A stretch of 64,000 bases of DNA from Candidatus Nomurabacteria bacterium (GCA_040376695.1 JBEIQD010000002.1:114436-178435); one strand, 5' to 3'. Positions 46,324 through 56,211 are shown, counted from the stretch's first letter. Numbers and translations: made by a program. Notes: generated from the letters alone by a model not told the origin.

Positions 46324-48663
46324 TTAAATAGCCTGCAGATTACTTCCAAGTGTACGAGAAACAACGAGTGGTAATGTTGAAAGATTTCTCTTCTTGAGAA
46401 CATTCTCAAGCACGGACACAAGTTGATCAGCAACAGATTCAGCAACTTCTTTTTCAATTTCAAATACAAGTTCATCATGGATTTGAATAACAAGCTTCAC
46501 TTTATCAGTCAGCCCCTTTTCAACAAGATATTCATGAGCATCAAGCATTGCAAGTTTAAGAATATCCGCAGACGTTCCTTGAATCGGAGCGTTAATAGCA
46601 ATTCTCTCCCCTTGCGCACGCAAGAATGGTAATGGGCTTTTAAGAAGAGGAACTTCGCGGCGGCGTCCGAGAATTGTTTCTGTATAACCATGCTTCCACG
46701 CAAACGCTTTTACTTCTTCCAAGTATTCCATCAATCGAACAAACGTTACTTTATACTGATCATAAAATTCCTGAGCTTCTGCACGTTCAACCTTCATCCC
46801 TTCTTTAAGGGCGGTGACTCCCATGCCGTACAAAATTCCGAAGTTAATTGCCTTCGCTTTTCTTCGCATGTCAGGTGTTACCTCTGACTCTTTCACATTA
46901 AACACACGTGCCGCCGTACCTGTATGAACGTCTATGTTATTTGCAAATATTTCTACAAGATGTGGATCGCCGGAAAGCATTGCAGCGGCACGGAGGTCGA
47001 TCTGAGCATAGTCACACGAGAGGAGAACTTTTCCCTTTGATGCCACAAATGCTTCACGAACCTTTTGCCCTAGCTCACTCTTGATTGGAAGGTTCTGCAG
47101 GTTTGGATCTTCACAACTAAACCTCCCTGTCCCTGCCCCTGTTTGAATAAAGTGCGCATGTATTCTTCCGTCTTCTTTTACATACTGCGGGAGTGAATCA
47201 ATATATGTTGAAAGAAGTTTCATCATTTCTCTATATGTTGAAATCTTGTCCACGATTGGGTGTTCATCTCTAATCTTTTCAAGCTCTGTTGCGTTTGTGC
47301 TCTTTGCTCCTGTTGCGGTCTTTTTAATTTTTGTTCCAAGGTTAAGTTTCTCGTATAACACTTCGCTTAGTTGTTTTGGTGAACCAATATTAAATTCCAC
47401 ACCAGCAAGCGTATAAATTTCTTTTTCCAATTTCTTCACCTCAATATGAAGATGCTCACTTAACACTTTAAGTTCTTTTACATCGAGCATGATTCCATTG
47501 ACTTCCATATCTCGAATTCGAGGCATGAGAGGTTGCTCTACATCAACAAAGAGCGGCCACAATTTTTCTCGTTTCAATTCTTCTTCAAGATACGCCTTCA
47601 TCTCTGCTGCAGTCTTTTTACCCGTAACATTTTGAATATCAATAACTGAAGCATTAGTCATTTCACTATGAAGAAGATGAACCATGACTCGCAGTTCTTC
47701 TAAATCATCAAATGCCACTTCAACTTTCGCTTCCTCTACTGCTTCAGGAGCCCCTCTCATTCTTTCGAGTTTGCTTCTAAGAGATCTAAACTCATACTTA
47801 TCACACATAGCTTCATACTGGGAGATGTCTATACTTTCAAGCCATGGCGTTTCAGGCTTTTGATATTCGCACGGCGCATCTCTCCTGATAGTGGCCAACG
47901 TTTTAGAAAATAAAGCCTCCTCTTCCCCTTCTTCTACAAGCTTTACTATTCGCTCCTTAAACCCATCCAAAAGTAACTGTTCGCGTTTCTTCTTGAGCTG
48001 TTTATAAATACCTTCAATTTCACCATACCTCTTAATGAGCTCGGTAGCTGTCTTGTCTCCGATACCTTTAATACCAATAATATTATCCGATGGGTCTCCA
48101 GCCAGTCCTTTGTAATCAGGAATACGTTCTGGGCCAAAACCAAAACGATCAATAACAGCTTGCTCGTTGTAAAGAATTGTTTCAGTGCCTTTTCTCATGG
48201 TGTACACCGTCACACGATCATCATCCACAAGCTGTAATGTATCCATGTCCCCTGACGCAATAATAATACGTGTATCTTTTTCTTTTTTTAACTGCTCTGC
48301 AATTGTTCCTAATAAGTCATCAGCCTCAAAACCTTCGCATTCATATAAAGGAATTGAAAGCGCCTTACAAAGATTTCTTGATTCTTTGATTTGCTCAATG
48401 AGTGCATCATCTGTTTTTGCGCGACCTGCTTTGTATCCTTCGTAACTTGTGTGACGAAATGTTGGCTTTGGTAAATCAAAACATGCAGCAATATAATCTG
48501 GTTGTATCTCTTCGAAAATTCTAAGGGTCATGGTGATAAATCCGTAGAGTGCCCCTGTTGGACGCCCATCATGCGTAGCAAATCCTGTCATAGCATGAAA
48601 ACCACGATGAAGAATTGCGTGTGCGTCGAGTAATACAATAGTTGTTCGTTTATCTTTCTTCAT
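46324..48663 (-). CDS. polA: DNA polymerase I (5' nuclease plus polymerase; 3'-5' exonuclease domain largely absent)
   Basis: LLDAHA, EADD, GDPSDNI, DYAQIDLR, AKAINFGILYG, QIHDEL. Confidence 0.95.
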   Translation of the reverse strand: MKKDKRTTIVLLDAHAILHRGFHAMTGFATHDGRPTGALYGFITMTLRIFEEIQPDYIAACFDLPKPTFRHTSYEGYKAGRAKTDDALIEQIKESRNLCKALSIPLYECEGFEADDLLGTIAEQLKKEKDTRIIIASGDMDTLQLVDDDRVTVYTMRKGTETILYNEQAVIDRFGFGPERIPDYKGLAGDPSDNIIGIKGIGDKTATELIKRYGEIEGIYKQLKKKREQLLLDGFKERIVKLVEEGEEEALFSKTLATIRRDAPCEYQKPETPWLESIDISQYEAMCDKYEFRSLRSKLERMRGAPEAVEEAKVEVAFDDLEELRVMVHLLHSEMTNASVIDIQNVTGKKTAAEMKAYLEEELKREKLWPLFVDVEQPLMPRIRDMEVNGIMLDVKELKVLSEHLHIEVKKLEKEIYTLAGVEFNIGSPKQLSEVLYEKLNLGTKIKKTATGAKSTNATELEKIRDEHPIVDKISTYREMMKLLSTYIDSLPQYVKEDGRIHAHFIQTGAGTGRFSCEDPNLQNLPIKSELGQKVREAFVASKGKVLLSCDYAQIDLRAAAMLSGDPHLVEIFANNIDVHTGTAARVFNVKESEVTPDMRRKAKAINFGILYGMGVTALKEGMKVERAEAQEFYDQYKVTFVRLMEYLEEVKAFAWKHGYTETILGRRREVPLLKSPLPFLRAQGERIAINAPIQGTSADILKLAMLDAHEYLVEKGLTDKVKLVIQIHDELVFEIEKEVAESVADQLVSVLENVLKKRNLSTLPLVVSRTLGSNLQAI

Positions 48664-49111
48664 AGGAAATAGTTATTTCGCGCACTGATTCATCTTGTAC
48701 TTTAAAATCAATTTCCATATCGGGGCGAACATACGTCATCTTTGACGGCCACTCGATAACAATGAGTGCACCTTCATCTTTAAGATCTTCGTCTAACCTC
48801 AACACCTTTGCTTCTTCTGGGGAGTTAAATCTATATGCATCTACATGGATTAATTTCTTAAACTTCGCATGTGTTCCTTTGTATTCCTTTTTAAGGATGA
48901 AGGTTGGACTGTGGACTGTGTGTGATTCTATCCCAAGAACACCTGCTAAGGATTTTGTGAAGGTTGTTTTTCCTGCACCCAAATCCCCTGTAAGCAAAAT
49001 AACAAAAGCCTTTTTCGTTGAACTGGCTGTGTGCATTTCGCTTAAGATAGTAGCGACCCTTTCAGAAAACTCTCCTAAGTCTTGTTCTGTAAGCAAAAAA
49101 ACCTCTTTCAT
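48650..49111 (-). CDS. tsaE: t6A biosynthesis ATPase TsaE
   Basis: GDLGAGKTT, SPTF, HVDAYR, IEWP. Confidence 0.95.
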   Translation of the reverse strand: MKEVFLLTEQDLGEFSERVATILSEMHTASSTKKAFVILLTGDLGAGKTTFTKSLAGVLGIESHTVHSPTFILKKEYKGTHAKFKKLIHVDAYRFNSPEEAKVLRLDEDLKDEGALIVIEWPSKMTYVRPDMEIDFKVQDESVREITISYEER

Positions 49112-49195
49112 TACCCCTATGATACCACGAAACAAACCGCCCTTTCGGGGCGGTTTGTTTATTCCTATCGGCTCACATAAGGCGTATGTAAGGGT

Positions 49196-51010
49196 TTAGT
49201 GTGATCCTTTTTTATCAGTTGAGTATGATGAGTACACACTGCGTCCAAGGATAAAGATGATGAAGAGGATTGCAATAAGAGCAAGCCATTCAACAAGAGA
49301 GTTTGGAAGGAATCCATGACCACTTGATGAACCAACCACCGTCTTTGAACCAGTGTCAGATTTAACATCTGATGAAGAGGCAACTGAACCAACAACGTAT
49401 GCTGTTACTTCATCCTCAACAGTAGTTCCCGGTACTGAGTAATTAGTGTATGCAGTTGTAACCATAGACTTACCAACCACTGCTTCCTTAGCTACTGTTC
49501 CTGTCCAATTGATACTCATTTCTCCGTATGGAGAAAGCGTAATATTTGAAACAGTAAGAACATGAGTAATAGGATCATAACTTCCAGCTGAAGCGTTTGT
49601 AAGAACAATCTCCTGTGGAATAGTTACCTTTGCAGTTACTCCTGTAAGCGCTGAGTCTGAAACGTTCTTAAGTGTAAGTTTGTAATTAACTACAGAGGAA
49701 GCTGTAAGATTTCCTGAAACCTTTTCAATCTGAAGAGAGATAAGTTTCTGTCCGTTGTTAATAATCTCAGATGCTGACTTTGAACCTACAGTTACGTATG
49801 TTCCATCAACACAGAGAACTTGGTTTGTCTTTGTTACTGTCTTAGTAACAGGAGACTTTACGATTGGTTTTACATACGTAACAGCTGTTGTCTTTGTAGT
49901 AAACGCTACAATCTCTCCCTTAACGACACCGTACTGGTTCTGCATTACTGCGCGACAGTAGTATGTTGTTCGTGGCTTAAGGTTTGTAAGAACGTTTGAG
50001 AATGGCGCTGTTGGAGATGATCCAATATTTGCCTTTGCTGTCTCACGTCCAAGGTTTGATGTCTCACCGTATTCGAACCATCCCGTTGACTGTGCACCTG
50101 AAGCAATAAGTCCGATTCCGTTACAACGAGCGCTTGTGAGTGTAATCTCAGTTGCTACTGATGTGATAACGTTATTAAACTTAATAGTCTGTGGAGGAAC
50201 ATATGGAACATATGTGTTTCCTACGTAACATGTCTGGTTAACTGGAATACTTGTTCCGTTAGCACACACTTTGTACTGTGCAGGACAAATTGAGTTAACA
50301 GAAATTCTTGATCCATCCCAACAAAGCTGTGTTGTAACTACTGGAGCAACAATTGTACGAGTACATGAACCATTGATTGGAGCCTGTCCATCAGAACAGA
50401 TTGTGTTTACGTTTGTAGGAATAACAGTAGTACGAGTACATCCTGTTGTTGGTGATGGGATAGTGCCATCAGAACAACGAGTAACTGTCGTAACTGGAAC
50501 CACAGGCTGAGTTACAACTGGCTGAGTGTAGGTTGGTTGCGTATATACAGGCTGAGTGTATGTAGGCTGTGTAGGGTATGAGTATGTTGAGTAGTTATAC
50601 CCTGTCCATGAAGGAGCTGAAGTATATGCAGGTGTTGTATAGTTATAATCGTATGTTGTTGCTGGGGTCACATAATTGTAATCGTATGTTGTACCACCAG
50701 TTGTTCCGTAATTATAGTCGTACGTTGTACCACCATAATTAGAATCATACGTAGTACCTGTACTACCGTAGTTGTAGTCATATGTTGTACCTCCGTAATT
50801 GTAATCGTAGGTATTTCCTCCCCCGTAATTATAGTCGTACGTTGTACCACCATAATTAGAATCATACGTAGTACCTGTACTACCGTAGTTGTAGTCATAT
50901 GTTGTACCTCCGTAATTGTAATCGTACACTTCCTGCGCCAAAACAGTCGCTGGAACAAGTTGTCCAACAAGAGAAAGGGTTAGGAGTGCTGTTAATATAA
51001 TTTTTTTCAT
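49196..51010 (-). CDS. Secreted surface protein: YDYNYG repeats, Cys-rich repeats, Fn3/DUF11-like domains, C-terminal TM
   Basis: Signal peptide; 10x YD(Y/S)NY; C.DG repeats; WFEYG; GFLPNSLVEWL plus TM. Confidence 0.85.
   Translation of the reverse strand: MKKIILTALLTLSLVGQLVPATVLAQEVYDYNYGGTTYDYNYGSTGTTYDSNYGGTTYDYNYGGGNTYDYNYGGTTYDYNYGSTGTTYDSNYGGTTYDYNYGTTGGTTYDYNYVTPATTYDYNYTTPAYTSAPSWTGYNYSTYSYPTQPTYTQPVYTQPTYTQPVVTQPVVPVTTVTRCSDGTIPSPTTGCTRTTVIPTNVNTICSDGQAPINGSCTRTIVAPVVTTQLCWDGSRISVNSICPAQYKVCANGTSIPVNQTCYVGNTYVPYVPPQTIKFNNVITSVATEITLTSARCNGIGLIASGAQSTGWFEYGETSNLGRETAKANIGSSPTAPFSNVLTNLKPRTTYYCRAVMQNQYGVVKGEIVAFTTKTTAVTYVKPIVKSPVTKTVTKTNQVLCVDGTYVTVGSKSASEIINNGQKLISLQIEKVSGNLTASSVVNYKLTLKNVSDSALTGVTAKVTIPQEIVLTNASAGSYDPITHVLTVSNITLSPYGEMSINWTGTVAKEAVVGKSMVTTAYTNYSVPGTTVEDEVTAYVVGSVASSSDVKSDTGSKTVVGSSSGHGFLPNSLVEWLALIAILFIIFILGRSVYSSYSTDKKGSH
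50640..50926. repeat. Coding tandem repeat with exact ~104-bp duplication (period 117 bp)
   Basis: 50706-50809 is identical to 50823-50926; units of 27-36 bp. Confidence 0.9.
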
Positions 51011-51120
51011 ACTTTTACTACTATTTATTAGTTCTCTAATTATATACTATATATCAACATTTGTCAATAGCAATAAAAAAAACACCGCCTGAAGGGGCGG
51101 TGTTTCGAGTGGTTCACTTT

Positions 51121-51756
51121 TTAGCGAGCCGGAGAGGTGGGGTAAACCTTCGACCAGATTTTGTCTTCCGGTTTTTGGCGGAAAGCAGCAACCTGCTGTT
51201 GTTCCCACAGAGGGCAGTTCACCGCGCCGTTTTCAACGCTGGTGCGAGCCTTTTCTTCACCTTTGATGCGGAAGATGCAGATATCCATCGGCTTTTGCAT
51301 CACAGCCGCACGTGCAGGTTCTGTGTAGACCGCCGCGTGAGCGGTGGCAGAACTTATCCGCGCGGTAGCAACAGCATAGGAACGCTGGGGTTTTGCATAC
51401 ACCAACTTCGGAGCTGGAGGGCGACAGGCTTTTGCAACCGCCTCAGTGACAATCGTTGTGCACTGAGCGATGGTGGCGCCCTCAATCACTTCGATTTTTT
51501 TGGGAGGCTGTTCCTTGAGGGTTCGCAGTTCGCCGGCCAGTTTCGTTTTCTCGGCCTCGAGAGCGCTGACCTGCTGGTTCAGTTCGTGAACTTTCATCGG
51601 ATTGCTGAAGATGGGGTATCCGAAGAGGAGCCCCATCAGCAACGCCATGACGCCAACAACGATGAGAATGGTTGTTGGCCACTTCTTTTCACCTTCAGGT
51701 TTTTTTGGTGCAGAAGATGGAGAAGCGACAGCGGAAGCAGAAGCGGTATCAGACAT
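51121..51756 (-). CDS. Membrane-anchored coiled-coil protein with C-terminal Cys-pair motif (SD-led, GC-rich class)
   Basis: SD AAGGAG; TTGACA-N17-TATAAT at about 51816-51844; TM plus coiled coil. Confidence 0.75.
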   Translation of the reverse strand: MSDTASASAVASPSSAPKKPEGEKKWPTTILIVVGVMALLMGLLFGYPIFSNPMKVHELNQQVSALEAEKTKLAGELRTLKEQPPKKIEVIEGATIAQCTTIVTEAVAKACRPPAPKLVYAKPQRSYAVATARISSATAHAAVYTEPARAAVMQKPMDICIFRIKGEEKARTSVENGAVNCPLWEQQQVAAFRQKPEDKIWSKVYPTSPAR

Positions 51757-51916
51757 GGTGAACTCCTTGTAAAAGACAATCTATGTTAACAACCATTGCT
51801 AACATTACAGATAATATTATATCAGTTTAAATTGACTTTGTCAAGTAATATTCTTCCCCTCCTATAAGAAAAACACCCGACGTAAAAGTCGGGTGTTGCT
51901 CATGTTTCCATGAGTT

Positions 51917-52576
51917 TTAACGGAGTCCGCGAGCCGAAGCTTCGCGTTGCTGCCATTCGTTGCAAATCTGCTTTGCTTCTTCGCGTTTGACAGAGAGAGG
52001 CAATTTGATTTCCGCAACAACGTTGCCGTTATTGCGGAGGCGACATGTGTCTTGATCGCCCGCTGCCGCAAAGGAGGTTTCCTGCAGTTGTGCTGCCGGC
52101 CGCTGACCTTGCGCAACAGCAAGCTGTTGTACGCCGCCATAGGTCGGATTGGCAAACTGTTGTGGTGCTTGTTGAACCACAACACGTTGCTGACCCTGGT
52201 TGCTCATCATCGGGCAGAAAAATCCGCCGGCGATATAGCCAAGGAAGCCGCCGTTTTCGGTGTTGCGTGCATCGTTGCCGCGATTGGCGCCGATGACGCG
52301 ACCCAGCCGTTCTGCCAGACCACCACACTGACCAGTGTTCCCCATGGGGACACCGACAGGATAGCTTGAGCCGTAGAAAGGCTGAGGGGCTTGCACCACA
52401 ACATTCTGACCACCGATGTAGCCACCGTTGTTTTGGGTGCACCACATGCCGTTGGTCAGAACCACCGGAGGCGAACCCGCAGGAATCATTCCGCTGTTGG
52501 GGTAGCAGACAGCCGAAGCCGACTGAACACCGCACAGAAAAGCAAAAGCTGCGAGAGTTTTGATAACCATGTTCAT
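51917..52576 (-). CDS. Secreted protein with glycine-zipper-like segment and C-terminal Cys-pair motif (SD-led, GC-rich class)
   Basis: Signal peptide ending ASA; GRVIGA...GGFLGYIAGG; SD AAGGAG; TTGACA-N16-TATACT. Confidence 0.75.
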   Translation of the reverse strand: MNMVIKTLAAFAFLCGVQSASAVCYPNSGMIPAGSPPVVLTNGMWCTQNNGGYIGGQNVVVQAPQPFYGSSYPVGVPMGNTGQCGGLAERLGRVIGANRGNDARNTENGGFLGYIAGGFFCPMMSNQGQQRVVVQQAPQQFANPTYGGVQQLAVAQGQRPAAQLQETSFAAAGDQDTCRLRNNGNVVAEIKLPLSVKREEAKQICNEWQQREASARGLR

Positions 52577-52763
52577 GATGAACTCCTTGAGATTGAAACG
52601 ATTTGAAAGGTACAACTGAGCGTTGATTTGATGGAACTAATTCCACCCTATCTAGCATGTATACAGTATACACTAAAATAGACTTTTGTCAAGCCCTTTT
52701 CTTTTAGTAAATAAGGGGCTCTATCCCCTCACTTTTATTCCAAAAGCCTTATATACTAAGGCC

Positions 52764-54467
52764 ATGACAATTGTCTTTGATGATGCACTCCAAAACCATA
52801 GACTTGATGAACTTCGAAAGGACGAGGAGGAACAGCTCGTAAAGATTCTTTCTGATAAATATGGACTTCCTTATATTGATTTGCGCGGAATAGCTCCTGA
52901 ACCTGATGCCATGCAATTTGTGAAAGAAGAAGAGGCACGAGCTGCAGGATGCGTGCCTTTTAAGGTGGTTGGGCGGAAATTATACGTCGCCACCCTTTCC
53001 CCTTCTAATTCAAAATTAGAAGAACTCATTCGACCTATCGAAACTAGAGGGTCAGAAATTATTCTCTATCTTTGTTCTCACGCATCTCTTGAACATGTGC
53101 TTTCTCGTTACGCAGATTTAAACCAATCAACAAAAGTTGAAAGTGGAATGCTTGAACTAACCAAGGAAAAGATGGTTACGCTTATGGCAAGCTTCAGCAA
53201 CATTGACGAACTTCGTCAGCAATTCGACACTCTTTTAGGTTCACCAGTGCTCTATAAAACAACACGAGTAATAGAACTCATTGTCGCTGGAGCTCTTAAG
53301 TTTGATGCGTCAGACATTCACATTGAACCAGAGGAAGAGAAGGTTCGTTTGCGTTATCGTTTAAATGGTGTACTTGATGATATTGCTTTCTTTGACTTCA
53401 ACGCACTTAAAAATATTACGAGTCGATTGAAACTTCTTTCAGGACTTAAGCTCTCAACTACAGCAAATGCTCAAGACGGACGATTTAGTATTGATTTAGG
53501 AGATGTTGAAGTGGACGTTCGTGTATCTGTTGTTCCAGGGAACTATGGGGAATCATTCGTGATGCGTTTACTTGATCCACGGCATACTGTTTCTAACTTG
53601 GATAATATAGCCTTCCCTGCAAGGCTTCGTGAACTTGTTGAACGATCACTCGTTAAACCAAATGGTGTTATCTTAACCACTGGTCCAACGGGGTCTGGAA
53701 AAACAACTACGCTGTATGCGTTTTTGCATAAGGTATATAACCCTGAGGTAAAAATTATTACTATCGAAGATCCAATTGAATACCATTTTGAAGGCATTAC
53801 ACAAACTCAGGTGGAAGAAGAAAAAGGGTATACCTTTCTTTCTGGACTTCGAGCAGCGCTTCGCCAAGACCCTGACGTAATCATGGTGGGAGAAATTCGA
53901 GATGAAGATACCGCTAAGGTGGCGATTAATGCAGCACTCACAGGACACTTAGTGCTTTCAACACTTCACACCAATAACGCAGCCGGAACCATTCCGCGTT
54001 TGATAGACCTTGGTATTAATCCAAAAGTTATTGCGGGAGCTCTTTCTCTTGCTCTTGCTCAACGTCTTGTGCGAACACTGTGCCAAGAATGTAAAGTTGC
54101 GTACGAAACAACTGAAAAGGAGGCTCGTATCATTACTACTATTTTAGGTGATATGAAAATATCAGGTAAAGAAACTGAGATGATGGGACATGTTCCAGCT
54201 CTTACATATTCAATATTTAAACCAGTTGGATGTGCTAAGTGTGAAATGACAGGATACAAAGGACGTATCGGAATCTTTGAAGCAATTACTATGACGGAAG
54301 CTGTTGAAAAAACACTTATTACGAATCCAAGTGAGCGAGAAGTGCGTGCTGCGGCCAAGGATCAGGGAATCCCTACCCTTCGTGAAGATGCTATAATTAA
54401 GGTACTCGAAGGTATTACTTCACTTGACGAAGTATCCAGAGTGGTAGATCTTTATAGCGAAAGCTAA
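52764..54467 (+). CDS. pilB: Type IV pilus/T2SS assembly ATPase (PilB/GspE family)
   Basis: ASDIHIEP, QDGR, GPTGSGKTTT, TIEDPIE, LRQDPDVIMVGEIRD, STLHTN, tetracysteine. Confidence 0.92.
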   Translation: MTIVFDDALQNHRLDELRKDEEEQLVKILSDKYGLPYIDLRGIAPEPDAMQFVKEEEARAAGCVPFKVVGRKLYVATLSPSNSKLEELIRPIETRGSEIILYLCSHASLEHVLSRYADLNQSTKVESGMLELTKEKMVTLMASFSNIDELRQQFDTLLGSPVLYKTTRVIELIVAGALKFDASDIHIEPEEEKVRLRYRLNGVLDDIAFFDFNALKNITSRLKLLSGLKLSTTANAQDGRFSIDLGDVEVDVRVSVVPGNYGESFVMRLLDPRHTVSNLDNIAFPARLRELVERSLVKPNGVILTTGPTGSGKTTTLYAFLHKVYNPEVKIITIEDPIEYHFEGITQTQVEEEKGYTFLSGLRAALRQDPDVIMVGEIRDEDTAKVAINAALTGHLVLSTLHTNNAAGTIPRLIDLGINPKVIAGALSLALAQRLVRTLCQECKVAYETTEKEARIITTILGDMKISGKETEMMGHVPALTYSIFKPVGCAKCEMTGYKGRIGIFEAITMTEAVEKTLITNPSEREVRAAAKDQGIPTLREDAIIKVLEGITSLDEVSRVVDLYSES

Positions 54468-54731
54468 TCTCGGGAACGTAAAAACCCATATACCTCTAAG
54501 CAACCCCTTGGTGAAGAACATTCCTTCATAAGGATAGGCACAGAACGTAGCAAGTACGACCAGACCGTCCTCCGAATTAGAAAGTGAAAACTAGGTTTCC
54601 GATTGTTTAGAGATATATGGGTTCTGACAAAGATGAACTTGTACATTGCTGTACATAAGTTACCTACTTGCTAATTATAGCACATAAAAAACTTTTGTCA
54701 AATACCCTCCACCACCCTCAAAAAAGACCCT

Positions 54732-55715
54732 ATGTCTGACCCACATCAAAAAATTGAAATAGAAGAGACACGACACTTGGACAGCACCCTTCGCCCAGAC
54801 AGTTTTTCTGATTACATCGGACAAGAAACCATCAAGAAAAACCTCCATATACTCCTAACGGCAGCAAAAGAGCGAGGGGCTCCCCCTGAACACATTCTTC
54901 TATATGGTCCACCAGGTCTTGGAAAAACAACACTTGCTCATCTTATAGCAAAAGAGTTGAATGCTAATTTAAAATTATCGAGCGGCCCTGCAATTATGAA
55001 GGTTGGAGACCTTGCTGCAATACTCACCAACCTTACACCGGGAGATGTTTTGTTTATCGATGAAATACACCGACTCAATAAAATGATTGAAGAAGTTCTC
55101 TACCCTGCAATGGAGTCCGGGCAACTTGATATTGTAATTGGTAAAGGTCCTTCGGCGCGTACCATACAGCTCGATCTTCCTCCTTTCACACTTATTGGGG
55201 CGACAACACGCATTTCTCTTCTTTCCTCCCCTCTTCGTTCACGATTCTCAGGAGGTGTGCACAGACTTCAATATTATACAGAGGATGAAATTGCAACGAT
55301 TGTAAAAAATAGTGGAAAAATTTTAGGAGCTGATGTTCCACATGATGCAGCTTTTGAAATAGCAAAGCGCTCTCGCTTTACACCGCGTATTGCAAACTAT
55401 TACCTCAAGCGAGCTCGAGATTATGCTCAGGTACACAAAGCAAATATTGATCGTGACATTGTGGACGTTTCTCTTTCGTTACTTGAAATTGATCAGTTCG
55501 GACTTGGTATCGCTGAACGCATGGTGCTTGATTCGCTTATCAATACATTCAACGGCGGACCTGTTGGGTTAAACACCCTTGCCGCGGCAACAGGAGAAGA
55601 AATGGCAACTATTGAAGACGTGACCGAACCATACCTTCTTCAAATCGGTATGATTGAACGAACACCTCGTGGGAGAAAAGCGACAGACAAAGCACTTCTT
55701 CATTTTAAAAAATAA
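54732..55715 (+). CDS. ruvB: Holliday junction helicase RuvB
   Basis: LRP, GPPGLGKTTLA, FIDEIHR, GATTR, RTPRGR. Confidence 0.98.
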   Translation: MSDPHQKIEIEETRHLDSTLRPDSFSDYIGQETIKKNLHILLTAAKERGAPPEHILLYGPPGLGKTTLAHLIAKELNANLKLSSGPAIMKVGDLAAILTNLTPGDVLFIDEIHRLNKMIEEVLYPAMESGQLDIVIGKGPSARTIQLDLPPFTLIGATTRISLLSSPLRSRFSGGVHRLQYYTEDEIATIVKNSGKILGADVPHDAAFEIAKRSRFTPRIANYYLKRARDYAQVHKANIDRDIVDVSLSLLEIDQFGLGIAERMVLDSLINTFNGGPVGLNTLAAATGEEMATIEDVTEPYLLQIGMIERTPRGRKATDKALLHFKK

Positions 55716-55716
55716 T

Positions 55717-56211
55717 ATGTCTACGAGAATTTTAGGAATTGATCCTGGATTTGATCGGCTCGGTGTGTGTGTTTTAGAAAAAGAAGGAAGCGTTGAGACC
55801 CTCCTTTTTTCTACATGTATCGTAACTTCAAAAAAAGATTCCTTCGAGGCTCGTCTTGCGACCATTGCAACAGAACTCACTCTCATCCTTAAAAAATACA
55901 CCCCGACAGAACTTGCGATTGAGAAACTTTTCTTAGCCAATAACCAACGTACCGTGATGAATGTTTCTGAAGCGCGTGGGGTACTGCTCTACATATGTCA
56001 CATTAACGGGCTTTCGGTTCATGAGTATTCTCCACCACAAATAAAAGTGGCGGTTACTGGGTACGGCAAAGCAACAAAAAACGATATTGCTCTCATGGTT
56101 CCGAAAATACTTAAGACCCCTCTTGCTGTGAATCTTTTAGATGACGAACTAGATGCTATTGCTATTGCTTTAACACATAGCGCTCATAGAAAAATGAACA
56201 GTTGGAAATAG
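55717..56211 (+). CDS. ruvC: Holliday junction resolvase RuvC
   Basis: ILGIDPG, AIEKLF, EARGV, VTGYGKATK, DD..DAIAIA. Confidence 0.96.
   Translation: MSTRILGIDPGFDRLGVCVLEKEGSVETLLFSTCIVTSKKDSFEARLATIATELTLILKKYTPTELAIEKLFLANNQRTVMNVSEARGVLLYICHINGLSVHEYSPPQIKVAVTGYGKATKNDIALMVPKILKTPLAVNLLDDELDAIAIALTHSAHRKMNSWK

Noticed and set aside
50640-50926. Possible CRISPR array
   Set aside because: Repeats are in-frame coding units without unique spacers; no cas genes in the window.
51061-52673. Several long overlapping ORFs (51061..51789 +, 52029..52673 -, 51947..52369 +)
   Set aside because: Alternate-frame products of GC-rich sequence; SD, promoter and signal/TM features support only the two called genes.
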